The notes beneath the pieces are model-generated. The model was not told the DNA's origin. It saw only the letters and a program-made list of their open reading frames with translations, and ran no database searches. A DNA stretch of 64,000 nucleotides from a phage. The stretch lies in assembly GCA_038314665.1 (NCBI GenBank), contig GCA_038314665.1_3677.1. One strand, 5' to 3'. Below are positions 9,109 through 19,301 of this stretch, piece after piece; within the stretch, counting starts at the first letter, position 1; the number at the start of each line of letters is the position of its first letter. The position numbers were made by a program, and so were the translations under genes.

Positions 9109-9785
9109 TGGCAATAAACAGGAAAGATGCTGCTGTAAGATCCTTTATAGAAAAAATAATGAGGGACTACCACACCAGCATCAGGGCCAGAGTTGTCAGC
9201 GTAGATTACAGTATCCCCTCTGCAGCCGTGCAGCCAATAGCTGAAACCACGTTTGATGACGGAGATGTGGAGAGATACCCGCTTATCTATGACGTTCCAA
9301 TTCAGGTGATGTCTGCAAACAGTGGGAAGGCAAGGTTAACACTTCCTATTAAGGCTGGAGATGTTGTAGGGCTGCAGTTTTCAGAGAGAAATGAAAACAA
9401 TAACGATGATCAACAAACTCACGGCCTGTTTCCTGGGTGGGCAATCACCTCTGTTCATTCAGACTCAAACGCTTTACAGATCGATCCTGATAACGTAGAG
9501 TTATGGAATGATAGGGTTTATTTTAAACTGACACCTTCTGGCGATTTTGAGCTTCAAACCCCGGGTGGGACATTACGGTGCGACAGCAGCGGGGAGTTTT
9601 CTTTCACTAACGGTGCTGCCAATTTGCGAGCCGCTGTGGATGGAAATATCAGAATGAATGGTGCCACAATAGACCCATCTGGTAGAATTATAACTGCTGC
9701 TGGTGTGGATTTGGATTCATTCTATGCAGAATATAAAGGTCATACCCACTCTTGCCCTGATGGCGAGACAAGTGGACCGCACTAA
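9108..9785 (+). CDS. hypothetical baseplate protein (possible central spike, gpV-like)
   Basis: 225-aa ORF, ATGA start/stop overlap; position before W-like gene; no firm motif. Confidence 0.3.
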   Translation: MAINRKDAAVRSFIEKIMRDYHTSIRARVVSVDYSIPSAAVQPIAETTFDDGDVERYPLIYDVPIQVMSANSGKARLTLPIKAGDVVGLQFSERNENNNDDQQTHGLFPGWAITSVHSDSNALQIDPDNVELWNDRVYFKLTPSGDFELQTPGGTLRCDSSGEFSFTNGAANLRAAVDGNIRMNGATIDPSGRIITAAGVDLDSFYAEYKGHTHSCPDGETSGPH

Positions 9786-9797
9786 TAGAGGGCTTTC

Positions 9798-10514
9798 ATG
9801 GCTACGCTTTATAGTGATATATTAATGGACCCACAGACAGGCGATTTGGCGATAGACAAAGGTCTTGAGTTGATAGATTCAAACCAGGTAAGTCTGCGCC
9901 AGCGCTTGTGGATGAGGTTTAATACGTGGAAGGGGAGCTGGTACTTTGACGAGTTGTTTGGCTTCCCTTATATGGACTTTCTCAGTAAGAAGGTCATGAA
10001 GACTGTTCTTGATAACAAGATTATGGAAGTGGCAAGACAAGAGCCGGATGTGCTAAACATCATAAACTTCCAGTCTACCATGGATCGAAGATCGAGAACA
10101 TACCAAGCGTTCTTTGAAGTTGTTACCAAAGAGAACGAGATTGTAAGGCTGGCTTTCGTAGGTCTTGATCAGTTTACCTACCCACAGCCTGATTCTGGGA
10201 CAACCTCTCTCTGTGATGATGAAGGTTGGATTAAGTGGGCTAATAAACTGTACTATCTGATCAACTTCAGATTGCCTAGAACCGGAGATGCCACATGGTG
10301 GAACCAGTATGCTGGTCCTGAGATGGAAAACCCGATCCCTGTAGGCTCTCTGTTGACTCAGGATAAAGATCTGCTGATGACTGAGGCAGAACAAACCATT
10401 AACCGCAATACCTGGACGCTTGCTCCAGATGAGCGCGAATACTCTGGTGTTATTGCTACCTCCAATGATGAGGCTATTGCCAACCAGTCTGGTCGTGCTA
10501 TTGATGTTAACTAA
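9798..10514 (+). CDS. baseplate wedge protein with gpW/gp25-like motif
   Basis: 238 aa; segment SLRQRLWMRFNTWKGSWYFDELFGFPY resembles the conserved core of gp25/W-family baseplate proteins (recalled consensus, not searched). Confidence 0.4.
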   Translation: MATLYSDILMDPQTGDLAIDKGLELIDSNQVSLRQRLWMRFNTWKGSWYFDELFGFPYMDFLSKKVMKTVLDNKIMEVARQEPDVLNIINFQSTMDRRSRTYQAFFEVVTKENEIVRLAFVGLDQFTYPQPDSGTTSLCDDEGWIKWANKLYYLINFRLPRTGDATWWNQYAGPEMENPIPVGSLLTQDKDLLMTEAEQTINRNTWTLAPDEREYSGVIATSNDEAIANQSGRAIDVN

Positions 10515-10523
10515 GGAGAAATC

Positions 10524-11192
10524 ATGGCTGTAGCTTATCCTACAATACCAATTCCAGATCTTGAAGATGCAGAAACAGTCCTGAGTGATGACTTCTTGGT
10601 TGTCAACCAGACTGATGGGACAAGAAAGGCGAAGATTGATGATGTTGTCAACGATCTCAGTATTACTAAAATAATCTATTTCACAGAGGGTGGTTATCTT
10701 AAGAGCAAGAAGGACTTTGCTTATGATCCAGAGACCAAGCGCTACTACACGTGGAACGGGGATTATCCTAAAATAATCCTCCCAGACTCCACTGTAGAGG
10801 GTGCTGGGGGTGTGTCTGCAAAAGCATGGTCTGTTTTTGGTGAGCTTGCTGCAACTTCTTCTGGCAGGATAGTTGATTACGGATCTATCGGTGGTCAGCT
10901 TGATATGGATCTTGAAGTTGCAGACACCTTTAAAGTTCGACTAACTTCAAATACCACAATCTCTTTTGAAAATCAAACAGAAGGTCTTGAAGGGGTGGCG
11001 AGAACTATAACCGTATGCATTACTCAGACCGCTGGCGGCAACAAAGTCTATTGGCCTGATAATGTTAAATGGGCCTACGGAAGAGATCCTATCCTAACAT
11101 TTACAGCTGGTGCAACAGACATTTTCAAGTTGGAAACCTACGACAACGGGTTAACTTGGTACGGAGCACTGATTATCGCAGGAGCTATCTAA
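10524..11192 (+). CDS. tail fibre/spike-related protein sharing N-terminal domain with the 13827 fibre
   Basis: 222 aa; N-terminus alignable with that of the 1268-aa fibre (shared positions L.V.Q.D.TR..KI.DVV and F.EGG.L....DFAY). Confidence 0.45.
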   Translation: MAVAYPTIPIPDLEDAETVLSDDFLVVNQTDGTRKAKIDDVVNDLSITKIIYFTEGGYLKSKKDFAYDPETKRYYTWNGDYPKIILPDSTVEGAGGVSAKAWSVFGELAATSSGRIVDYGSIGGQLDMDLEVADTFKVRLTSNTTISFENQTEGLEGVARTITVCITQTAGGNKVYWPDNVKWAYGRDPILTFTAGATDIFKLETYDNGLTWYGALIIAGAI

Positions 11193-11193
11193 G

Positions 11194-13791
11194 ATGCGTA
11201 TTCAACACAACATTGATAACGTATTTCAGATGATTGAGGGGCACAGGAAGTGCCTCGATAACAACACAGGTATTACCAACACCCCTACACAAAATAAGTT
11301 AGTGAACCCTGATGGTCTTATAGCTGCAGGGTGGGCAGGTAATAAGATAAATAATGATTGGGCAATGCATGAGGCCCAAGCTGTGTTGATTCTGGGGTAC
11401 ATTGAAGCATACAGGGCATCGAAAAGCGATTTCTACCTGGATAGGGCAAAAGATGCTTGGGAAGCTTACAATAGTCATCTTCTGGGTGCATATGCAGTAG
11501 AAAGTAAAATGCAAAGATTGTCCCACTACCCTCTATCCACAGACGGGGTTCCATCGCATGGTGGGTTTAAAGATGTAGTGGTGTCTTTTACCAATGGTAG
11601 AGGAAAAATCCCAGCTGGATCTCCGACATGGGGGGAATATCTGGACAAGGCATTCCAAGCGTATAACGGCGTGTTAGGAAGAAACACTGTAGACTCTGAT
11701 GTTTACGGTGGCACAGATGATAACCCAGATTGGACAACATCCGGATTAAGTTGGTGGGTTGAGTGGTATATAGCATGGGATGGTAATCGCTATTGGGCTA
11801 ACGGTAGCATAGCTGATAGTGGTCATACGTCTGTAGAGTTTGGCACAATCCAATTACAAGACAAGGGTGTTACAGGCAACCACAAAGTGACCTATTGTGT
11901 AAGATTACCTCAAGAGCAGGGTGGATCGGTGATCCCTGCTGGATCCCCTGTAATTGTGAATCCTATAAACGTGGTTGCAGACAATCAAGCCCCAGAGTTG
12001 GATGGGGAAGAAATGTGGTGTGACGCTTGTTATCAACTCTACACCTTGACAGGTGAGGAAAAGTATTACACCGCGTTTAAACAGTCTTACAACAAGTTGC
12101 TTAATTTCAGTGATATAAACGCTTACGACAAACTGTTTAGAAAGACCACGTTGATTAAGGCACCATTTACAGATGGTACTTGTCTTGTTGCAGGAACAGT
12201 TCCTGTCACGAGCAGAGACAGTGACGGGTATATCAATTTTAGAATGAACGCACGCCAGCCTTGCGAAATAATTCAAAAAGGTACCACCTACAAAATAGGC
12301 AGAGATGCTGAAATTGTCATGAATTTCGGAGGAGAGGGGGTTCTGTTCCAGCCACATTTCATCCTTAATGATGGCAACAATAACAAAAAACAGTACAGGA
12401 TAGGTGTCCCTTTTGGAGGTGCAGAGGTAACAGAAATAGTTGCCAAGGTTACCGATTTCGTAGAGGTAGTTGGTAAAGACGGTAATCCGTACCTCTTACC
12501 TAAAGAGGAAAACATTGCCGTGAGCGGTGGTGCCAGTGTTAGTATGCAGTACGATACTGACATTTACAACCACTCTGACAACTTCACCCGTTGTAATATA
12601 GCAAGAGGCAAAGTAACTTTCAATTTTGGAAGAGAGATTTCTTTAAACTCAGTAACTTATCGATCAGATGATGAGATGGTAAGGGTCAAATTTCTTGACA
12701 AAGATAGGTGGTTATGGTATGCTGATCTATATGCCACTAATGGACAATGGATAACAGAAACTCTTACTCTAGGAGATTTCAAACTAGATCCGACACAACC
12801 TCATCACACTGAAGAAGAGATTAAACCTTTCTTTGCTAATCCTAAGGGACTCACCTCTGTAGATTTCAGCCTAAGCGACAGACAGATAGGTAATGGCTTG
12901 TTTGATCTATATTGCGTCAACACACTGCCGCAATTCTATATTGCAGATAGGGATGCTTATCTAATCTGGTTTAGCGTATGGATGGCAAGCAAGACAGAAT
13001 CAACCGCTAAGGTTGGTGATTGCTATGTCAGAAACTACAAGCAAGGTGCATACAGGCACACTCCTGGTGTGTTCCCTGCCGGAAAGGTGATAGATAAGGA
13101 AAATTACCTCTTGGAGGAAAAGCCAAATTGGCCATATCCAGGTATGCAATACCCAGCAGTCTACTGTATGGGTGCAGAAAACATAGATCGCTATAGGTTG
13201 TCAAATACAATAGGCTTTCTGTATGACGCTCAAGTCTGGTATAATAACACATTTAAGACAGAGGGTCCAGTCGCCTCACGTTATGTATGGCAGAGAGGTA
13301 ATGAAGGATTAACTGGTTGGTGGGAGATGGTAGATAACTCTAAGCTCCAGTCAAGATCTTTTGTTGCTGCGTGCCGCACAATCTATGAGCTCAAGAAACA
13401 TAAAGAACCTGTTGATGAAAGATTATTCCTGTTCTGCCAGAAATGGGCATGGTTCCTCAACAGATTCCAGTCATCTCATTCAGGAAATCTACCTACAGAC
13501 TTTAACACCTCTGGGGGATATTCTTATCAAGACAGAGGAGACAGGATGTGGGTGGTAGGTGAATGGCTTGCAGGCTGCTGCTGGCTAGGTCTGTGCGGGT
13601 ATTCAGAGACAATACCACAAATAGATATTGTTGTAGAAGCCTGTGTGAAGCTACTGCAAAAGCACCACTTCATTAATGGTGATAATGTTTTAAACGGCTG
13701 CTGGGCAGTTTCTGATCCGGTGGGCTATCACTCTGGCGAAATCCTTCGCGGTCTGGGACTTTATGCTCAATACCGTGGATTGTACCTTTAA
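11194..13791 (+). CDS. large tail spike/fibre protein (possible enzymatic domain)
   Basis: 865-aa ORF with GGAG RBS; Trp/Tyr-rich, in the fibre cluster; no catalytic motif confirmed. Confidence 0.4.
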   Translation: MRIQHNIDNVFQMIEGHRKCLDNNTGITNTPTQNKLVNPDGLIAAGWAGNKINNDWAMHEAQAVLILGYIEAYRASKSDFYLDRAKDAWEAYNSHLLGAYAVESKMQRLSHYPLSTDGVPSHGGFKDVVVSFTNGRGKIPAGSPTWGEYLDKAFQAYNGVLGRNTVDSDVYGGTDDNPDWTTSGLSWWVEWYIAWDGNRYWANGSIADSGHTSVEFGTIQLQDKGVTGNHKVTYCVRLPQEQGGSVIPAGSPVIVNPINVVADNQAPELDGEEMWCDACYQLYTLTGEEKYYTAFKQSYNKLLNFSDINAYDKLFRKTTLIKAPFTDGTCLVAGTVPVTSRDSDGYINFRMNARQPCEIIQKGTTYKIGRDAEIVMNFGGEGVLFQPHFILNDGNNNKKQYRIGVPFGGAEVTEIVAKVTDFVEVVGKDGNPYLLPKEENIAVSGGASVSMQYDTDIYNHSDNFTRCNIARGKVTFNFGREISLNSVTYRSDDEMVRVKFLDKDRWLWYADLYATNGQWITETLTLGDFKLDPTQPHHTEEEIKPFFANPKGLTSVDFSLSDRQIGNGLFDLYCVNTLPQFYIADRDAYLIWFSVWMASKTESTAKVGDCYVRNYKQGAYRHTPGVFPAGKVIDKENYLLEEKPNWPYPGMQYPAVYCMGAENIDRYRLSNTIGFLYDAQVWYNNTFKTEGPVASRYVWQRGNEGLTGWWEMVDNSKLQSRSFVAACRTIYELKKHKEPVDERLFLFCQKWAWFLNRFQSSHSGNLPTDFNTSGGYSYQDRGDRMWVVGEWLAGCCWLGLCGYSETIPQIDIVVEACVKLLQKHHFINGDNVLNGCWAVSDPVGYHSGEILRGLGLYAQYRGLYL

Positions 13792-13795
13792 CATA

Positions 13796-13822
13796 GGGGG
13801 CTGTTTGCCCCCTTTCAGGAGA
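13796..13822 (+). terminator. weak hairpin terminator candidate
   Basis: GGGGGC-TGTTT-GCCCCC followed by only TTTC. Confidence 0.35.
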
Positions 13823-13826
13823 AAGA

Positions 13827-16800
13827 ATGGCTGATATTAAAGTTGTCAGAATTGAATCTCTTCCTGCCACTACCGCAGTGACAGAGGATGATTACCTGGT
13901 TGTTCAACAACCAGACCTGACCCGTCGTGTAAAAATTGGCGATGTTGTCCATGTGGATGGGACTGTTTCTCATGTAATCTCCTTTAAGGAAGGTGGTAAG
14001 TTAAACGGCCCAATGGATTTTGCCTACTTCGAAGAGGAAGACCTCTACCTGCGTTGGAAAGGCGAATTTCCACACACTGTTCCTGCACTGTCTTCACCGT
14101 ACTCCGATGGTGGGATTACTGACGCTGCATGGATGGTATATACTGATCCGTCCTTAAGGGAGGAGCTGGAATCTACCATTGGCGCATCCATGATTATGAC
14201 AGCTGAAGGTCAGTCTGTCCAGGATGTAATGGATGTTACAGTTAAGACCGCCAACGATGCTAAAGCACTTGCACAGCGGGTAGATTTTGGTACCGTGCAC
14301 ACTGTAGGCGATGTTATTCACCTTGTCAATTTTGTTGGCCCTGCAGTTATTGAAGAGGGAAGAACTACTAACTACCCTTCTGTAGCAGCTGGTGAAAAAT
14401 TCCTGAACGGTGTGGTATCTCGTCGTGATACTACAACTGTTGATGGTATTTTCCGTGGCGCTACCTCCGGAGCTATGTACACCATTGCAGTAACCAACGG
14501 TGTAGCAACAACAAAAAGAATAGCACTTCGTGATGAATTTAAACGCCTAGAGGCAAACAACCCAACAAGAACCATTATTCGTGCTGGTGATGATGTAAAC
14601 ACAGCCGGGTACTTGCAGCTTGATGCAACAGGTCGTTGGGGCATGTGGAACCAACAGACATCTTCATGGCAACCTCTTGCTGTAGAGCAAGGTGGTACAG
14701 GTGCCAGAGATGCCGCAGGTGCACGTATTAATTTAGGAACTTTTTATAAACAACGTGCAGCCCTTGAGGCAAATTTCAATATCAATAATTTGACGGGTAA
14801 TCAGGATGGTGTATACTACCAGCCGATGACTGCTAATGCAACTGAGGAAAATGGCTACCCTGCAGGTTCTGGTGCTGGTCACTTAATTGTTTGGCAGAAC
14901 AATGCTAACGGCGGTGCAGGTTGTCGTCAGGAATACTATCCATTCTCTAACGTAGATGTTTGGTATTTGAGAACCTATCAGGCCAACACAAATCAGTGGA
15001 CTGCATGGCAGCCTATGGTCAGACCTCGTAACGATGACACCTTCAGATCTCATATCGGCCTTGGTAAAAACAACTCACCAGCATTCGGGCACCTTTACTT
15101 AGCTCAATACTCTGGAGATGTTAAATCGGCCTCAGGTATTGTACACGGTGACAAGTATAATCGAGAAGGTACTCTTGAGCATGGATATCGTATCTACTCT
15201 GAAGTAAGAAACGATAATAAAGCTTGGTTAACAATACACCTCCATAAGGGAGCTACTGGTGCAGAAACACATAGATACCTCGGATTCAGAGAGGATGGTG
15301 TTTTAGATTGTCCTAAATATATGCAGGTTGGCGATCTAAATGGTCAGCTGGCAAACTGGGGACTGGCAGAGTGGATCCGTAGTTCAGGCGCTGAAAGAGG
15401 TTTCTGGGGTTCCAAGAAAGCAGCCAAAATGGTTATCTGGGACGGAGGCATGGATGAGTCTGGTAACGGCACTCTGGAATGGGGTGTTTATAACAACCGG
15501 AAGGCCAAGTGGGAACCTTTACCTCAAGCCGCAGGTGGTACTGGAGCTACAACTCTGGCAGAAGCTCAAAACCTGTTTAGAATACCTATGGCAGCAGGTG
15601 TAAAAGATTTCTTAACACTGCCAAGAACAGCAGCCATGGTGGATGGTAAATATTACCCTGTTATTGTAAGAACAGATCCGTACTATGCACCAGCTGTTGG
15701 GACAGATATTACAATAGTTACAAGATCCTCTTCTGGCAACGATCCTATGAACTGCGCAACACTCCAGTGTCATTACAGAACTGGTGGTTGGACAGACCGT
15801 GGAGACTCTTTTACTGGTGTTATAAACTTCTACCAGAACGAAAGAGCAATACTTGGTTGTGTTGCTCCTACTCGCGGAAAACAAGAGTATGTTGCTTTTT
15901 ATGTAGAGGCCAGAGCTTTCCCAGTAAGCGTATATACAAGCCGAAACGTGCTTGAGGTATTTACCAGGGAAAATGACTGGCAGGTAGGGAATGTAACTGA
16001 CAATCAGGACGGTGTTAAGTTTTGTGCTCCGTTAGAGTCAGCAGACTTAAATCTTGCGATAAAGGGTGATAATGTAACTAACACCAGATCTCTTGCGGAG
16101 TTTAAAGGAACATCAGGTTTTTACACAGGCGGTGGTACTCAGTGGCACTACATCGGCACACCTGAACGCTATGCGGTCATGAGTAAAATGACCATGCCTA
16201 AAGTTGAGCTGTGGGCAGATGGTATCGACTACCTATGCCCTGGTAGCCAGACCACAAGGAAAGCACTGTTCTCTAATGCTGGATTCCAGGCAGCATCTGA
16301 AGGTACAGAGGACTTAATTAACAACACATTTACTTCCAAATGCGGCAAGGGTGCAGGTCTGAAAGGCCAGTCAGAGTTCAGGTCTACCCCAGAGGCTGGA
16401 CAGGTAATTGTCAGAGATGTTGTTGGTTCTGCACATAAATTCTTTAACTTCAACAAAGACGGCACATTCTACCCTCCTGGAGGTTATGTTTGCCAGACAG
16501 GTGCGGATTGGAACAATCAGTTTGGTAACACGAACCCGTCAAAAATAATGGCTGGTAATGTTAACGGACCTGAAGGTTCCATGGTTGTAGCAGGGTTGTC
16601 GGTCGGTTTTTCTGGAAATTATGCATTCCAGATGGCTGGTCGTCTTGATCAGTTATACACTAGGTCTATTGAGGGTGGCAATCACAGAGCGTGGAACAAG
16701 GTAATCCAACACCGTGGTCAGGGCCTAGGGACAAACGATCTTAATGACTACAAGGGCGATAGAGAGGGTTTTTATCATCAAGAGGCCAACTCTCAAGCCA

Positions 16801-17633
16801 CACCTGAGAGAAACTACCCATGCGGACAGGCAGGTACTCTCCTTGTCTATAGAAACTATGCTAACGTTCCAGAGAGTTGCGTACAGGAATATACAACATA
16901 TCTTGGAGAAAAATTCCTGCGTTATGGAACAACGATAGGTGGTGTTTTCACATGGGGCCATTGGCAGCAGCTTGGTGGTAAGGGTATCACTTTAAAAACT
17001 CAAGGGTCCAATCTTGAACCTGAGTTCACAATACACACAGGTGGCGGTACTGATGTTACCAACACTTCAAACATGCCTTCTAATACAGGCAGGTTGTACT
17101 ATTGGGGTAATGGCGCGGATAGGAAGAATGTGCTGGAGTTCCAGATAAGTGATGACTCAACAGCCGCCAGCTGGGTATTCCACTGTGGAGCTAAGACAGA
17201 TGAGGCTAAATCAAGATATTTTGCTGTCAACGGCACGGTAGAATGTACCACTGTTAGCCAAAGTTCCGATAGAGACCTGAAGGATAATATAGAGGTCATA
17301 CCTAACGCTCTGGAAGCAATTAGAAAGATGAAAGGCTATACCTACACCTTGAAAGAGAATGGTATGCCTTATGCAGGCGTGATTGCTCAAGAGGTTATGG
17401 AAGCATTGCCAGAGGCAGTAGGATCTTTCGTGAAAAGGAAGGAAATAGAAGGTCCTACTCAAGACGGTACTCCTCTGATGACCGAGGAAAGGTTCTATAA
17501 CGTTGACTACGCAGCCGTAACAGGCTTGCTTGTCCAGGTTTGCAGGGAGCAGGATGATAAAATAACTGCCCTTGAGGAGCAGGTTAAAAAATTAACGGAG
17601 GTTGTTACTGGGTTGCAAGAGAAACTGAAGTAA
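13827..17633 (+). CDS. tail fibre/spike with C-terminal intramolecular chaperone (peptidase S74-like) domain
   Basis: 1268 aa; C-terminus SDRDLKDNIEVIPNALEAIRKMKGYTYTL...AGVIAQEVMEALPEAV matches the self-cleaving chaperone domain known from endosialidases and L-shaped tail fibres; terminal coiled coil. Confidence 0.65.
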   Translation: MADIKVVRIESLPATTAVTEDDYLVVQQPDLTRRVKIGDVVHVDGTVSHVISFKEGGKLNGPMDFAYFEEEDLYLRWKGEFPHTVPALSSPYSDGGITDAAWMVYTDPSLREELESTIGASMIMTAEGQSVQDVMDVTVKTANDAKALAQRVDFGTVHTVGDVIHLVNFVGPAVIEEGRTTNYPSVAAGEKFLNGVVSRRDTTTVDGIFRGATSGAMYTIAVTNGVATTKRIALRDEFKRLEANNPTRTIIRAGDDVNTAGYLQLDATGRWGMWNQQTSSWQPLAVEQGGTGARDAAGARINLGTFYKQRAALEANFNINNLTGNQDGVYYQPMTANATEENGYPAGSGAGHLIVWQNNANGGAGCRQEYYPFSNVDVWYLRTYQANTNQWTAWQPMVRPRNDDTFRSHIGLGKNNSPAFGHLYLAQYSGDVKSASGIVHGDKYNREGTLEHGYRIYSEVRNDNKAWLTIHLHKGATGAETHRYLGFREDGVLDCPKYMQVGDLNGQLANWGLAEWIRSSGAERGFWGSKKAAKMVIWDGGMDESGNGTLEWGVYNNRKAKWEPLPQAAGGTGATTLAEAQNLFRIPMAAGVKDFLTLPRTAAMVDGKYYPVIVRTDPYYAPAVGTDITIVTRSSSGNDPMNCATLQCHYRTGGWTDRGDSFTGVINFYQNERAILGCVAPTRGKQEYVAFYVEARAFPVSVYTSRNVLEVFTRENDWQVGNVTDNQDGVKFCAPLESADLNLAIKGDNVTNTRSLAEFKGTSGFYTGGGTQWHYIGTPERYAVMSKMTMPKVELWADGIDYLCPGSQTTRKALFSNAGFQAASEGTEDLINNTFTSKCGKGAGLKGQSEFRSTPEAGQVIVRDVVGSAHKFFNFNKDGTFYPPGGYVCQTGADWNNQFGNTNPSKIMAGNVNGPEGSMVVAGLSVGFSGNYAFQMAGRLDQLYTRSIEGGNHRAWNKVIQHRGQGLGTNDLNDYKGDREGFYHQEANSQATPERNYPCGQAGTLLVYRNYANVPESCVQEYTTYLGEKFLRYGTTIGGVFTWGHWQQLGGKGITLKTQGSNLEPEFTIHTGGGTDVTNTSNMPSNTGRLYYWGNGADRKNVLEFQISDDSTAASWVFHCGAKTDEAKSRYFAVNGTVECTTVSQSSDRDLKDNIEVIPNALEAIRKMKGYTYTLKENGMPYAGVIAQEVMEALPEAVGSFVKRKEIEGPTQDGTPLMTEERFYNVDYAAVTGLLVQVCREQDDKITALEEQVKKLTEVVTGLQEKLK

Positions 17634-17640
17634 CTGTTTT

Positions 17641-17670
17641 GCCCTCGCTTCGGCGGGGGCTTTTTGTTTG
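17641..17670 (+). terminator. rho-independent terminator
   Basis: GCCCTCGC-TTCG-GCGGGGGC hairpin followed by TTTTTGTTTG. Confidence 0.8.
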
Positions 17671-17672
17671 TA

Positions 17673-17701
17673 TTGCGTATTAACTCAAAATCTGGTAAAA
17701 T
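17673..17701 (+). promoter_or_regulatory. sigma70-like promoter with extended -10 (TTGCGT-N17-TGgTAAAAT)
   Basis: -35 TTGCGT 17673-17678, 17-nt spacer, -10 TAAAAT 17696-17701 preceded by TGG; same TGGTAAAATA motif as at 3548 and 22967. Confidence 0.5.
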
Positions 17702-17732
17702 AACTATCATGATTGTTTAACCTGGAGGCACA

Positions 17733-18323
17733 ATGTTTTTATGGGAAAGGCCTAGATACCTTCCAGATATTAGATTGGAGCTGCTGGCAGATATTGTTAC
17801 GTTTAAAAGTCCGTTTACAGGTAAAACGCAAAAAGTAACCTATGCCACACCTAACTGGAAAGGCACTTTGACGGTTTCCAATATCAGCGAGTCACAGTTG
17901 CTAGAGCTTAAGAGCTTTGTTGATCAGGTGTATAAAGATGGGAACATATTTCTCATTAAAACTTACGGTCACTCAGTAACAGCTAATGAGCCAATCGCCC
18001 TTGGGCCTACTGGTAACGACGATTTTTTGAAGACGGTTGGGTGGGAGCCAAACAGAGACATAGCTAGAGCTGGGGATAAAATATCTGTCAATGATGAATT
18101 GAAAGTGGTAACAGCTCCAGTACGCAGCGATGGTGTTGGGTCTGCTGTTATAAGCATATCTCCAAGACTTAGAAAACCTATTGCCGCAGGGGATACTATG
18201 AAGATAATAACTCAATCCCCAAAGGGTAGGTTTCATATCAGAGATATTTATAAAATTAAGCAAAAAGTCGATGCTATGCAAAAAGGTGATAATATAGTTA
18301 TCAACTTCTTTGAGGATTTCTAA
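17733..18323 (+). CDS. hypothetical tail-tip protein
   Basis: 196-aa ORF with GGAGG RBS; first gene of a tail-tip-like operon; no motif. Confidence 0.4.
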   Translation: MFLWERPRYLPDIRLELLADIVTFKSPFTGKTQKVTYATPNWKGTLTVSNISESQLLELKSFVDQVYKDGNIFLIKTYGHSVTANEPIALGPTGNDDFLKTVGWEPNRDIARAGDKISVNDELKVVTAPVRSDGVGSAVISISPRLRKPIAAGDTMKIITQSPKGRFHIRDIYKIKQKVDAMQKGDNIVINFFEDF

Positions 18324-18324
18324 G

Positions 18325-18876
18325 ATGATTAGAGCGCCATTAGATAATTTATTTCTTGAGAAGCTGGAGCTTGATGGTGTTGAGATCTTAATTGCTGCAA
18401 AGCTAGAGCTACCGACAGGGACTGTCAGGGTGTGCTCAGGCACTGGTGTTGTAGTAATTGAGGGTCAACATTTTATAGGGATAGGTGGATCAGCAACATT
18501 AACTGCTGTGTCTGAGAAAGATGCCACCAACTTCGGATCTGTGGTAGCAACATTGAACGGGTTTGATCCTAAGTATGTTGGTGATCTACTGAAGACGGAG
18601 TATTCTGGTTGTCGTGCCACGTTGTACATTACCGCTATGGAGAATGGTCTGCCTGTTACAACTAATGGTTTGTTTGACGGCCTTATAACAGATATGGCTA
18701 TTCAGACAGGTGAGAACAGTGCTTTGTCCATATCCATCTCTTCCATCTTCAACAGTTGGTTAAGAGGTTTTCCTTATCGGTACACGGAGGAAAGCCACAG
18801 CTCAAGAAACGATAATGACAGATTTTTTAAATATGTGGATCAGGTGGCGAGCCGCCCGATCATTTGGGAGGTTTAA
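18325..18876 (+). CDS. hypothetical tail-tip protein
   Basis: Track ORF begins at a TTG (18310); ATG 18325 with GAGGA RBS preferred. Confidence 0.4.
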   Translation: MIRAPLDNLFLEKLELDGVEILIAAKLELPTGTVRVCSGTGVVVIEGQHFIGIGGSATLTAVSEKDATNFGSVVATLNGFDPKYVGDLLKTEYSGCRATLYITAMENGLPVTTNGLFDGLITDMAIQTGENSALSISISSIFNSWLRGFPYRYTEESHSSRNDNDRFFKYVDQVASRPIIWEV

Positions 18877-19301
18877 TGAGCACACATCCTCGTTTAGTAG
18901 ATTGGCAAGAAAGATTGTGGAAAGTGTTTGACGAAGAGGCCACCATACCTTTTGAATGGGGATTCCACGATTGTTGCACCTTTGCAGCCAAGTGCGTTGA
19001 TGCCCAGTACGGAACAGATTTTCTTTCTAACTTCGAAGGAACGTATAAAACAGAGTTGGAAAGCAAAAGATGGTGCATGCTCCGTTTCAAAACCACACAC
19101 CTGCCTACTATTTTTGATCTCTTTATGACTCGGCTGGATACTCATAAACAGGTTCAGCGTGGAGATATTGTCATTTTCGAAGGTCTGAACGGGCTCACCG
19201 CTGGTGTGTTCTGGAACAACCAGATTTGGGCGAAAGGTGATAAAGGGGTCTTTATGTTCGACATGAAAGATTCTATCGTTGTTGATGTCTGGAGGTATTA
19301 A
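18876..19301 (+). CDS. NlpC/P60-like putative tail-associated peptidase (gpK-like)
   Basis: Motifs WGFHDCCTF (Cys-containing) and RGDIVIFEG resemble NlpC/P60 peptidase cores; ATG 18876 chosen over the TTG at 18864. Confidence 0.4.
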   Translation: MSTHPRLVDWQERLWKVFDEEATIPFEWGFHDCCTFAAKCVDAQYGTDFLSNFEGTYKTELESKRWCMLRFKTTHLPTIFDLFMTRLDTHKQVQRGDIVIFEGLNGLTAGVFWNNQIWAKGDKGVFMFDMKDSIVVDVWRY

